Assembly (NCBI RefSeq): GCF_964204645.1
Contig: NC_134028.1
Coordinates: forward strand, 26,036,345-26,100,344
Length of the DNA: 64,000 bases
Reading direction: 5' to 3'
Origin: Tubulanus polymorphus
Lineage: Eukaryota; Animalia; Nemertea
Part shown: positions 1 through 17,274 of the stretch, one piece after another
Position numbering within the stretch: position 1 is the first letter of the stretch
Layout of the letters: every line of letters begins with the position of its first letter
The notes under the pieces: model-generated
The model's input: only the letters and a program-made list of their open reading frames with translations
Told to the model about the DNA's origin: nothing
The model's database searches: none
Program-made: the position numbers and the translations under genes

Positions 1-1244
1 AATTTTTCAAAATTTTCAAATTATTTTAGCACTATATGGTATTGATTAGTCAGCACTGAAAGGGTTAAATTGTTCGTTTGATATTGGCAGCCTTTGTCTT
101 CTGATCTTCTGTATCTCACGTGTGAAAATCAGTGAAAGACTCGAACGATTAAAAATCCCGGTTTTCACGACTAAAATCGAGACGTACTCTTTCATGACCT
201 CCAAAGTCTCCATCCGAAATCTCTAGTTGGCTCCACACAAAATCCACCTCGACAGAAAGGACCCCCTTCGGTTATCTGAGTTAGTCGACTATAGTCGAAC
301 TAAACGAAACCGAGTGTCCGTTAGTCGGAACTATATTCCGGAAAAAGTTCGAAAATTAAGCGCATATCGGTTATTAGTTCCGACCACTAGTCGACTAGAT
401 ACGAAAACCGAATTTGGCCAAGGAGGTTTCAGACTCCAAAAGGTCGCATGACCAATAATGACACAAACAGATTGTGCGTTCTGATAAAAGAGTACGACTG
501 TAGTTGCTAGTTCCGGTGAGACCCGGTTTCTGAATTATTGATTCACCATGAAACGATGACTCTAATTCGCACACCGCGGTTCGTTTATATTGTTATTACC
601 TATTTCTATTATCAACAAACATAAAACGTGTTGCGATATAAAATGTTGGATAAAATAAACAGGCCGGGTCGGGTTTTATTTCAATTGATATACGACCCAC
701 CCACTTATAGCTAATAGTTAATGTAAATGATGAAACGTTACGAGGGGCCTCTTATTTTTGAATATTAATCAAATTGCTATCTCGTTTCAGTAGTTTGAGT
801 AGGTGTGATGTAGTAGGTAGGGAGGTAGGGTGGTCAGATTCGATGTATTCAATTACTTACGGCTCCCGAAATTCTGCAAAAAATCTTCAATTAAAGAAAA
901 AGAATTTTTGTCCTTCGTATTTTCATCGCAATCTTATAAGAAAAAAAAATATTGGGTTTATTTGTTAATGAATGGTAATAGCAGATAATTTCATGGAAGT
1001 TAGACCAAACCCTGAGTGTTTATCATCTATCACAATTATGGAAACATTATCAGAAAGGTTTTGCGAAAGTCTTCTTCAATTAACTGCGATTAAAATGATG
1101 ATGATTAATTATGACTCAAAATAACCTTGACCTTTTTTAAGTCCAATCGACATGTTTTAATAATAGAGGGAGGGAATTCACTGGTAGCTTATTGCACTTC
1201 GTTATCCAGTAAAAATGTTTAATATCGATTTTGTTTTTTCGCAG

Positions 1245-6022
<4,778 letters not shown>

Positions 6023-6464
6023 TACCCATTCATTCCTGCTGTATCTTGTTCCCTGTTCAGATTTGTGTATATAATGAAATTATTGTTGTAAATAATACCT
6101 CGCAATCAAACTCTATTTCTTTATAGTTTCTTCTTGTTTAATCCTCGTTTAGGACAATCAAAATTCTTCAGTTCAGAGATGTGTGGCTAACCATTAAAAA
6201 AAACCCTGAAAATAGCGAAACCTTAAAGAAACGAATACCGGAGCAACAGTGCTTCATTCGATTACATTGATTGGAAAACCCAAATATTTTAGCTATATTT
6301 GAATAACCGAAAATAGTCTAAAAATGGAAAACTTACATCTCTGTCAATTTGTATTTTGGGGCCTACCTCCAGGAATATCTCTCCACCGAAATATTTATCT
6401 AAAGTCGAAATGAAAACCAGGCTGGCAAAGAAAGCATTTGGAATGATTCAGACAGTTTCATTCC

Positions 6465-6955
6465 CAGACAACTACAGTCACATCTCCTCCCAGACAACTA
6501 CAGTCACATCTCCTCCCAGCCAACTACAGTCACATCTCCTCCCAGACAACTACAGTCACATCTCCTCCCAGCCAACTACAGTCACATCTCCTCCCAGACA
6601 ACTACAGTCACATCTCCTCCCAGCCAACTACAGTCACATCTCCTCCCAGACAACTACAGTCACATCTCCTCCCAGACAACTACAGTCACATCTCCTCCCA
6701 GACAACTACAGTCACATCTCCTCCCAGACAACTACAGTCACATCTCCTCCCAGACAACTACAGTCACATCTCCTCCCAGACAACTACAGTCACATCTCCT
6801 CCCAGACAACTACAGTCACATCTCCTCCCAGACAACTACAGTCACATCTCCTCCCAGACAACTACAGTCACATCTCCTCCCAGACAACTACAGTCACATC
6901 TCCTCCCAGACAACTACAGTCACATCTCCTCCCAGACAACTACAGTCACATCTCC
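6465..6955. repeat. 26-bp minisatellite, about 19 copies
   Basis: Unit CAGACAACTACAGTCACATCTCCTCC with an occasional CAGCC variant. Copies are head-to-tail with no spacers. Confidence 0.97.
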
Positions 6956-7062
6956 GTCAATAAAAATCTATCTAATAAAGACAAACACATATTTTTCGCC
7001 ACGTGGAAAATTATGACTCTTTATTCATTCACACAACTACAGATATTCGAATAGAAAAACAA

Positions 7063-8599
7063 TTAGTTATTTCTCTCAGACGGTTTTTTATACGCAAAAT
7101 TGATATATTCAAAGATGTCTTTCTCGCAGGAGACGGGTAACGGTTCGCCGGCTATACCTGTACTACCCATCGGGCGTATGCAGTACTCATTCAGCGTGAA
7201 ACCCTCGTCTAACGCGTGCGCTCTCATATTCTTATTAAATATATCGGAACCGGTGAAATACAACAACGCGCAGTAGTACTGATCGTACGGAATTAACCGC
7301 AAATCTAAACGTCGAAATTTACGCTCGGCGTCGCCGTCCGGCGGTAAACGACAGACGCCCATGAATTTCGATTCGCCGTGAGACAGCGTGTCGGTGATGA
7401 ATTTCGCGTCTTCTAAAACTTCGACAATTTTATGAAGATAATCGACTTTTTTCTTCGTTTCTTTGACTTCGGTCGTGTAATCGCTGTGCGTTAGTAACAC
7501 ATCTATATCTCCGCTGGTCGCCGCGCCGCGTCTGTAACTACCGCACACTTTAGCCTCGTATTTATCGTCGATTTTCAGTATAAGATCGAAGGCTATTTTC
7601 TCGAGTTGTTCCATCTCGGCGCGAGGAATTCTCTCCTCAAAATCTTCGAAATGCCTGAAAAATAACGAGTAAATTTCAAATACTGAACAAGGTATCCATT
7701 TTCACAGCAGCAATCGATGACTTGTCAGCAGTTTTTCAAGCTTGAAACCTGCTGCAGTGAGAGCTAGAGACTTACTGTGGATTTGTTCCACCATCCACAG
7801 CAAGTACTAATTATGAAATCTGAAGTTTGCGGCTGAAAAGATCTTTCTGATTCCCTGAGTTTTGGGGTTGGATCCGAGCTTCAGATAGATCATCCTCGCT
7901 TGCCAGAAGGTTTGTGTTGTTATGAGCAAACCCATCATTGGTTTATTACATTGCCCAAGATTTCTTGGGCGGACAGGTTCCCGCTCAGTGCCCACCAGTC
8001 TATATATCTAGCCAATCAGATGCGTGGTATTTATAGAGCAAACGCGGGAAAAACGCTTCTGATTGGCTAGATATATAGACTTGTGGGCGCTGAGCGGGAA
8101 CCTGTCCACCCAAAAAATCATGCAGATAGATATTAGTATTTGAAACACAAACCTATAATAAAACGTACCTCAATCCGATTTGTTGATGATGGTTTAATTT
8201 GTCGAGATTCTTCCTGAGATCATCGATTGATTTCACACCCTCGGAGACTAGTTTCTGAGCAGCTGCTGGTCCGATACCGGTTACTTTAGTTAACTCATTA
8301 ATAGCTACGCTCGTATCGTCCGAACGAATCTTCTCCAATTTACGCAATTTCCCCGTCTTCAAAAACTCGTCGATTTTCTCGCCGATTTTCTTTCCGACGC
8401 CGTTGAGTTTCTGGGCGTCTTCGCCGTCTCGGATCCGGGTCGGGTGTTTCGCCAGCACGCCGGCTGCCTTGCGGTACGCGTTGTATTTGTGCATTTGGCG
8501 CGTAACGTTCTTTTCGTAGTTGGCAAGTTCGAGAAGGAATTCGCAGAAATCGCCATTCGGGTTCGTAGAACTCGCATCGGGAGCTTTTCTTTTACTCAT
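7063..8599 (-). CDS. POLB: DNA polymerase beta (family X), 340 aa, two coding exons
   Basis: Exons 8599-8169 and 7654-7063, with a GT-AG phase-2 intron at 8168-7655 joining QQIGLR|[14 protein letters not shown]. Motifs present: MSKRKAP N-terminus, [10 protein letters not shown], Hh[11 protein letters not shown] (lyase Lys), [50 protein letters not shown] on the minus strand at 7025-7020. Confidence 0.97.
7959..8119. mobile_element. Foldback/MITE-like inverted repeat in the POLB intron
   Basis: Arms 7959-8025 and 8053-8119 (about 67 bp) are reverse complements with about 5 mismatches, separated by a spacer of about 27 nt. Confidence 0.8.
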
Positions 8600-8630
8600 C
8601 GCTGTTTAACTGTTGTTGATCTTGCGATTC

Positions 8631-8902
8631 CTCAAAAATTTCAGAAAATTTGGATAAAACAATGAAAAGAAGTTCGACTCATCTTATATCGCTTAATTGT
8701 GGTAATATAATAATAATAGTAACATTTTTAGGAACATGGACCCAGTTCGAGTTCCACGGCACAGTTGTAAAAGTAAAAAAGTTAGTTCATTTTCAATGAG
8801 TTAACTCAGAGGCAAATCTTGCCTTAACTTGGAACTGTGGAAATGGACCATGATTAATTAGTCCAATTAATGTGATTATTCTACTCTAGACTAAATACTC
8901 AC
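8631..8902 (-). other. Putative 5'-UTR intron of POLB
   Basis: Minus-strand donor CGG|GTGAGTAT at 8902, and a T-rich acceptor TTTTCTGAAATTTTTGAG ending at 8631, about 30 nt upstream of the ATG. Confidence 0.5.
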
Positions 8903-11900
8903 CCGCTTTGTTGTTTATTTATTTATTTATTTACCGGTATTTCTTTGTTCACGTTACATCCGCTTTGGTCTTTGTAGAAATCCCGGATATGGACTCAGCT
9001 ACGGAATACCAATTCAATTCAAATTTATAGTAATAAGTTAGTTCATATATTTACCGTCAACGTTATGTATAGGGGCAGCACTGGACGGTGAAGATCTCCC
9101 ATTCGCGCTATCTAATTTCGTGCTTGTTCCAGCTGGAGCAATTATCTCAACCCTTATTATCTCAACAATTATCTCTTGTGGATATAGAAGAAAATAAAAC
9201 GATTTACGGAGAAAAATTAAACAGAACCAGTGGAACCGCACTTCCAAAATTACTTGGCCCCTGACGGAGAAAGGCACTCAGTCGAAAACTCAGGTGTTTT
9301 TATGGATCGGAGGAAATCATCGATCTCAAGAAGAACCAATAAGATATACCGAAAAAAATCCAAGATATCGAAATGTTAGTTGAGATACGTAGTTTGACTT
9401 ATTTACCGGTAATACAAATAAATGGTAGCAATTTCGAAACGGAGATTATCATTTGCGCTATCCTTAAAAGATTTTTAGAGGCATTTGAACCATAGCCAAC
9501 AACTTGAATCGATATGTAAGATATTTGGTAGAATGTCTTTTGGCTTGCCGTCAAACCGACAACCATGAAACAAATTTTATTCAAATATGGAAATTTATAA
9601 GAGGCGTCGCTACTTAACGGCTGCGGCTCACCTGCGCCTCTGGTCGGGTCACTTTTGAGAAACCGAGAAACACGAACAAATTTTAAATGGCCTAAAGTAA
9701 ACAACTTTGTATCAGTCGACACTATTTTGTATCCATTTCGGATTTCCATCTCGGCTGCAGTTTTCTCCTTTCTATTCAGCAGCCAAATGAACCAAACTCG
9801 TCAACCTGATCAATGACTCCTGGGTTCAAATTCAGTCACCAGATTCCCCTGTGACAGTAAAATACTCTGAATTCACTTGATGATCTAGGGGGGGGGGGGG
9901 TGAACAGGGTGGCGGCTAGCCACCCTCTCAAATGCCTTCCAAAAAAGATTTAGAAGGGGCTTTTTTGTGTAAATAGTCTATCTCTTAAGAAGATGAAATA
10001 AGAATGTTAGCTGCCTCAGAATCAGAACTAACAGTAGCGTTGTGACTTTGTATTATATACCTATGACGCCGTATGCTACGAGCAATCATCGAGATGATTG
10101 CTCGTAAGTTAGACACCCCCTCGAGCTCCCCCGTCGCTCGGTCGCTCGGACTTCGGCGCCGCTGAGCGGCTCGCTAGTCGCAGTCTCTTCATCATTACGT
10201 TTTGTCAGCCACCCCCACCTCCTTTGAAAAATCCTAGATCCGCCCGATTGATTTTCATTTAAAGGCATGTTCTACTAAACTTGAATGAACTACGATATCT
10301 ACTCGAGGCCACCTCGTCCGGACAACCTGCTGCTGCTGCAGTGTGCGGCTGCGAGTATTTGCGCAGACTGTGTTAGTTACGAGTAAATAACTACATTTCT
10401 CGATCGCTTCGAATCCGATAATAAATAGTGCAATTAGAGGTCAAAACAGGCGCTGTATTTCAGCATTACAGCAGTGCTTCCTTTATAAGTCAGACCGCTT
10501 TGCTGCTTCGTAGTTGCATTCTCCACGTTCACGTTGGACCTGTGTGCTTTGAGTGTGTCGCGGTGGTGTGTCGGTTGCATTGCTCGTTGAATTCACCATC
10601 GTCCAACTGAAGAGAAGTTCTATCGAATTGATCGCTGATCGAGCGCGTGAACACATAGTTTACATCATATAGTGGAGCTTTGTTTATTCTAAAACCGTAA
10701 GTAAATGTCATGTTTTTTGTTGGGAACTACCAGGGGAATTGGGCTCCCAATGGGTAGGCTAACTATGACACGACTCGGCGAAGTCGCGGGCCGATCAGAC
10801 TTCGCCGCAACATTTCATCGTAAGTCAAAAAATCCCTTGGCTTAATATACTTAAATGTACACTTCTTGCAAATTGCGAACGTATTTCGACTGAATCTAAA
10901 TAAAGCCAACAAAAGTCTGCAAAATGTCTGTGTGATTTTGATTCTCTGATCAAAGCATTACGTAGGTAGGTCTTGATTCTAGGAGCACCAAAATACAAGA
11001 TTTATGTAGCCTCTTCGTAGAACGTAGTATCACACGGCTTCCTTATTCATACCGATGTGTGCACATTCGCGAATACCTTTCATGATCATATTTGATTAAA
11101 CGGAAGTAGGCCTGACACTGGGGCACAATTTCATTATTGGTATCTTTTTTCAACCAAGTGCATATATATATAATGATTCGAATTATATGGCCTTAAATAT
11201 ATAAGCTTAGGCCAATATCTAGAGTATTGCCTTTTCTCAAGTCTCAACCTAATTACTTTTCTCAATCTAAACCGTATAGAATTTCAGTGCTAGATTTATA
11301 GGTCGAATTGAAATAACGGCAATGATAAAGATGTAGAAAATTCCGCAAGGTTCAATTAAAATCATGGGAGTCTTGCGAGTTGCGTTGGTTGTTTTTCTGG
11401 GTTACTATCGGTTTACTATCAGACAGCATCTGGGTTCGATCTGCTGCGGTTTATCTGAAGACGTCTAAAAAGTTTGTTTAGAATCTGTTTTTCTTGTAAA
11501 AACCTACTGATTCATACATATTGAACTGTAATGAACTGTGTGTTCTTGGACCCAGTTTTTAAGTTCTGAGTTAAATTTGTGGCGCAGACTGAGTTGACCT
11601 GAAAATGCACTAAATCAGAGTATTTCCCGTTGAACTGGATGTCGCTTAAAAGCCAGTAGGATTAATATACTGTTTTCAAAGCAGCTGCTTCAATGATTAA
11701 ATCGGTAAATTATTCATAAAGCTTTTCATAAATAACTCATAAAGTATGTTTACAACGGTTTAACGCAAGGAGGACGTTATAAAAGTTCATTTTCATAAAT
11801 CATTCCAAACCAAGGTCACCCGGACTTAATCCAACATTTACACAATAGACTCCGCTTTATCCGTTTTGAGTTTATTTCATTTGATTTATATATTTAATGA

Positions 11901-14900
11901 TTATTATGAAATATATGAATATACAACTGATTGTACATTAAACACAACAATCATAAGAACCTCGAAAATCATAATATGATAAATGTCAAACCGGGGACCT
12001 GCAACAGATAAATCACAAATGTGTTTAAATGTGGAATCGAAAACTTTGAGAATGGCAAAGCATAATACGGTTTGAAGGATATAGGGCCTACAGATTTTGG
12101 ATTGTGTCGTAGCCTGAAACGATCATTCGTAAGTGATTGTAAGGGTTGATGGGACGGTAAATAGTTGACCCGAAAGCAAGTTGATGGAAGAGTCAGATGG
12201 AAATAGACCGACCAGTAATGAGAAGAGCGCATCATTTTGGTAGTCCATCGACCCTGAGATCCGTTTTGACAAAAAGGAGGGTCCAGATCGGTTAACTGAT
12301 TGAGATAATACCAACTGCTGGAGCTCTTGCCTGTACCGTGCAGGGTTCAGAGATTCTGCCATATTATCTGACAGATGATGAATCTTTTATAGTGGACTTC
12401 GGCCTAAACACATTATAAAAGACTGGCGATTTCGACCCGGTTCCCAATTATGTTTCGAACTCCGATAGCAAATTGTCTTTCCGTTCAATAGATGACCAAT
12501 GCAAGAGGACGAACCGAACTGCCAAGGAGCTGTGCTTAGAAAATTGCTCATCCGCCAAACACATGGCGATCACTGATATACAGAATAAGATTTATCGATG
12601 TACTACGATTCGATTTACAGTATTGTCACTGCTGCAGTTTTTCCCAAGAGAAATTGCTCCTTATTAACGGAAACCACATTCCGAGCGAGGAGGTATTAGT
12701 GTTTGGTCACCCGCGGGCAGTGCGAGCATTCTTCTTTATTTTCGTTTGGGATCTATTGATACTGTTCTCTTATCTATCGAGCATGAACCCAAATCTGACG
12801 CAGAGCAACAAAAAAAAAAAACATATTCAGGCAGTTTAATCAGCAGTGGTTTTGAATTTCAAAGATCAAATAAATGTTCCAGTGCTCAATCTTGAACTGG
12901 CTTGCTTCTAGATAAACCCACGCAAAAAGACCGATTTCCTAATCTATCCTGACGCTGTGGCGATAGCCCCGATTTGGAAAAAAAGTATTATTTGTCGAAA
13001 GACACTCAAAATAATTAAATTCATCGGGTCGTCAAAGGCTTCTCTTCGAAACTAAAAATAGCAGCATCTCCGGCTAGAAGTAAACATACATAGAGCAAAA
13101 AAGTCGGCGTCAAAAAAGTTTGCATGCATAGATGTGACACAGACTTCTAAAAAAAAACGCCACCGTGACGAAAACTATTTTTGTTATATTTACATACATA
13201 CAAAATGTACGTTTACTATTGACACTCAAGAATTTTCCTGGAACATTGACTTATTTTGGGTCCACGTTCGATCGAATTTTTCTGTCAACGCGAATCAGAG
13301 GAAATTGGCTCCCATGTCACCATTTCGACCTCGTGTTACTCTCCATATCGCGTACTGAAGTAAATACATATTTCATCGGTTTTATATCGAATTATTGAGC
13401 AGTATAGATCCGAAAGAATTCCCATCAGACTAATCATTACAACTATATGATCAGCCGACGAGAGTTTGCCTAATGATTTAACCATATGTCACCCACTGAA
13501 ATTATTCAATTACATGACCACTGTTCGCAGAGATTATTAGTTCTCCATGTATTCAAACAAACCATCGACGCCGGAATGATTTCAAATATGAATTTACTGA
13601 CAAGAGCCACGCATCATCGGTTTGGCTATATCATCGTCACATACACGGAAGGGTATATCTATTATACATGTCATTCGATCCGCGGATGATCAACGGGTTG
13701 TGCCCTGGATTGAACGCCGCCTGCTGTAGCTGTAGGGCCCGACACGTGAATGGCCCATTGGTCTGGTGTTGGTTGGGCCTTTTTCTCAAACCACATATAA
13801 AAGTATATGTCATATTATGTATTATATTGTTTTATATATACTGCCAATAAATAGAACCGCCCTGGAATCCGCGTGATAAAACTGTTAAAGCCGTAGAATT
13901 TGTTCTTCATATTAAAGTCGTGACATGACATTTAGTTAATGTCCGCCTTTTGCCTGTGATTTCGATTAATATCGCATACGATACACAGCGGGAAACGTGA
14001 CACTCCTATATAATACGTATTCGATGTTAATTCCCGCTCGACTGAATGTTGTAATAAGGTTTTCATTCGGTTTTGAGACTGTGTATATTATTACAATAGG
14101 CTATCATTATTACCGGCGCAGGCGATTTAGAAATAATATGACAGAGGACGAATTACACCTATAATTGTTAACGTTGTTCGGATTTCGACGCCTTCCTTCG
14201 ATATTAAGTCGTAGAGATGACACTTATCTGGTATATATATGAGATTAGTTGTTATTGGTGATGCTATACATGTAATATACCTCCGATCATCTCACATGCT
14301 ATTTGATGTTGACGTTGTTAATGATATAGAGCTAATTTGATACTATTGAAGAAAGCGGATCAACATTCATTATTCTAAATATCAAACCTATACCTATAGA
14401 ATCGTCGGCGTATAGGCGATTAGGAGAAACAAGGTATCAATCGGTACCGGCTGTAGAGTGATGTTGGATAATTTTTCGTTTGACCTGTTGACAATTTTTA
14501 CGTAAACATATTTCCAACAGTTTTCATTAGAATTCCAAGGATACTCATTGCGCACAACACCATAAAAAGGTGATCACGTCCCCCTTTGTCCAGTCCAGTC
14601 GGGAAGTTCACGCAAATAAATTTAATCATTTGCCTTACGATTTTATGGTTTTCAACTGACGAAACATTGTGGCTAGCATCAAAAATAGATTTCCTAATTT
14701 TCGACTTTTCGACGCAAGCGTTCGCCTTATGATTTACGTAAGACTTATCTTCGATAAGACTCGCCATGCGGAAACATGTAAACTCGGATGACGTGGTCTC
14801 GCTCGATCGCTCTTCGTCTGCGTGTGTATAAGACGATAAGTAAAACTATACGTTCTTTTCGAAATACCGAGGCAGACGGTTATCAAGATCTCCGCGCATG

Positions 14901-16339
14901 TAAATTGCCAAGAGAAGAACCGTTAATATTCGCCACAAAAAGCAGATAATAACAGTCTTAAAATTGCGGTAGGCAAAACTCCCGGTAGGTTTATCTTCGT
15001 GGCATAATAAAGGCTCATAAGTCATATTCAATCGCGGTTTGTTATGCGGTTGCATTTGCTAAATTACGGGGCAGCAGCGACTGAGTCAGAGGGACGGAGA
15101 AATCTGCTTTTGCGGGGGTTTGTATCGGCAGAAAAATATTCGCGTGTTAGTATTAGAAAACTCGTTAGCGTTGGGACTTAATTTTGACGCCGAGTTGGTC
15201 GTCTATACCCGTGAGAATCAGAGATATAGAAGATTTTTCTGATACAAATTTTATCAAACAAGAAAACTAACTTGAAATTGACTAAATTGACGCCTTGAAG
15301 AAATACAACACGTTATTTATGAAATATATAGAATATATTAAATATTGTAACGGTTTCTACGGCCTCAAAAAATCATCAACAGTTAAGCAAGGAGAGACTA
15401 TATAAAAGCTTTATTTGGTTGGATATCGTTTAACAAGTGAGGAGGTAAAACAAGACGGCTATCCTGACGTATATATCCCAAAAGACAAATACGCAAAGAA
15501 GCTCCGTCGATCTACGCCGTGTCTGAAAGCACAGCGAGGAGCGTCTCGTGTTCCTTTTATCGCTGTGGCTAAACATGAAGTTCTAAATACAGTCAGTTAA
15601 AGCGTTCACTGAATCTTCAAAGCGGGCTTTCACTTCTACTCCTGGTTTGTCTCTTGCAACGTTGCATATAGAAATCAATAAGAACGTATAATGATGGTAT
15701 TTTTCATCCTCGGCGCTTATTACGTCGTCTATTTTTTGTCTGCTCGGAAGGCGGCAGATTATTGGAAAACCGAGCATAATCAAACCAGACGAACGACCGA
15801 TTCTGAGTGACAAGTATATGGCATCGATAAACTAACGCTCGCCGCAACCCAAATATGATGGATTAAATGGACTCGTTGTTTATTTAATGGTTAGTTCCTT
15901 AAGGCCGTGATGGAAAATAATGATGTTTGAATCCCGTAACTGAAGAACGCTTATAGATAGACGGACGGAGAGCATTATGATGTCGCGGCCGCGCATAAAC
16001 TGAGTGAAGTCAAACACTGTGTTCTCCGATCTATTCAAATAATACTCGCATAAACAATTCGAACCGATGTATCAGATAAAGCCTCGAGGACAGTGAGTTC
16101 ACGCAAAGGCGAAGAAAACAGGATTTTTTATATGAAGACAAAACTCGAAAGTGGACACCAACGCAGTGTCAGTCATTTTTGGCCCTGAAATATCTTGCCA
16201 GTCCAAGGATAGTTCTGTGTTCGAAAATAACATTTTCTAACTTCGAATCTGAAAACTATGAAATTAACTCCGATAAATGAAGTTCTCCTAAAGTTTGGTG
16301 GTCAGTCAGGTGTGATGGTGACTATGGTTGAATCAATAT

Positions 16340-17274
16340 TCTTGGTGATGGTGTTGGTGTTGGTGGTGATGTATGTGATGGTGGTGGTGTTGGTGTTGGT
16401 GGTGTGATGGTGATGGTGGTGGTGTGGTGGTGACGGATGTGGTGGTGTGATGGTGATGGTGGTAGTGGTGGTGGTGGATGCGGTGTTGGTGGTGGTGGTG
16501 TTGGTGTTGGTGGTGGTGGTGTGGTGGTGACGGATGTGGTGATGTTGGTATTGGTGGTGGTGGTGTGATGGTGATGGTGGTGGTGTGGTGGTGACGGATG
16601 TGGTGGTGTGATGGTGATGGTGGTAGTGGTGGTGGTGGATGAGGTGTTGGTGGTGGTGGTGTTGGTGTTGGTGGTGGTGTGGTGGTGACGGATGTGGTGG
16701 TGTTGGTATTGGGGTGGTGTGATGGTGGTGGTGGATGAGGTGGTGGTGGTGGTGGTGTTGGTGGTGGTGTGGTGGTGGTAGTTGTGTGGTGGTGGTGCTG
16801 GTGATGGTGGTGGTGTTGGTGTTGGTGGTGTGATGGTGATGGTGGTGGTGTGGTGGTGACGGATGTGGTGGTGTGATGGTGATGGTGGTAGTGGTGGTGG
16901 TGGATGCGGTGTTGGTGGTGGTGGTGTTGGTGTTGGTGGTGGTGGTGTGGTGGTGACGGATGTGGTGATGTTGGTATTGGTGGTGGTGGTGTGATGGTGA
17001 TGGTGGTGGTGTGGTGGTGACGGATGTGGTGGTGTGATGGTGATGGTGGTAGTGGTGGTGGTGGATGAGGTGTTGGTGGTGGTGGTGTTGGTGTTGGTGG
17101 TGGTGTGGTGGTGACGGATGTGGTGGTGTTGGTATTGGGGTGGTGTGATGGTGGTGGTGGATGAGTTGGTGGTGGTGGTGGTGTTGGTGGTGGTGTGGTG
17201 GTGGTAGTTGTGTGGTGGTGGTGCTGGTGGTGGTGGATGAGGTGGTGACGGATGTGGTGGTGGATGTGGTGGTA
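16340..17274. repeat. (GGT)n-rich low-complexity array with a 426-bp higher-order tandem duplication
   Basis: Degenerate GGT/GAT/GTT triplets. Segment 16375-16800 recurs almost identically at 16801-17226. Confidence 0.93.

Noticed and set aside
6465-6955. CRISPR-like appearance of the 26-bp array (and the 37-bp array at 53703)
   Set aside because: No unique spacers, no cas genes and a eukaryotic context.
6356-7054. 232-aa ORF with a 26-aa repeat
   Set aside because: It arises from the stop-free 26-bp minisatellite read through all three frames. It has a TTG start and no domain.
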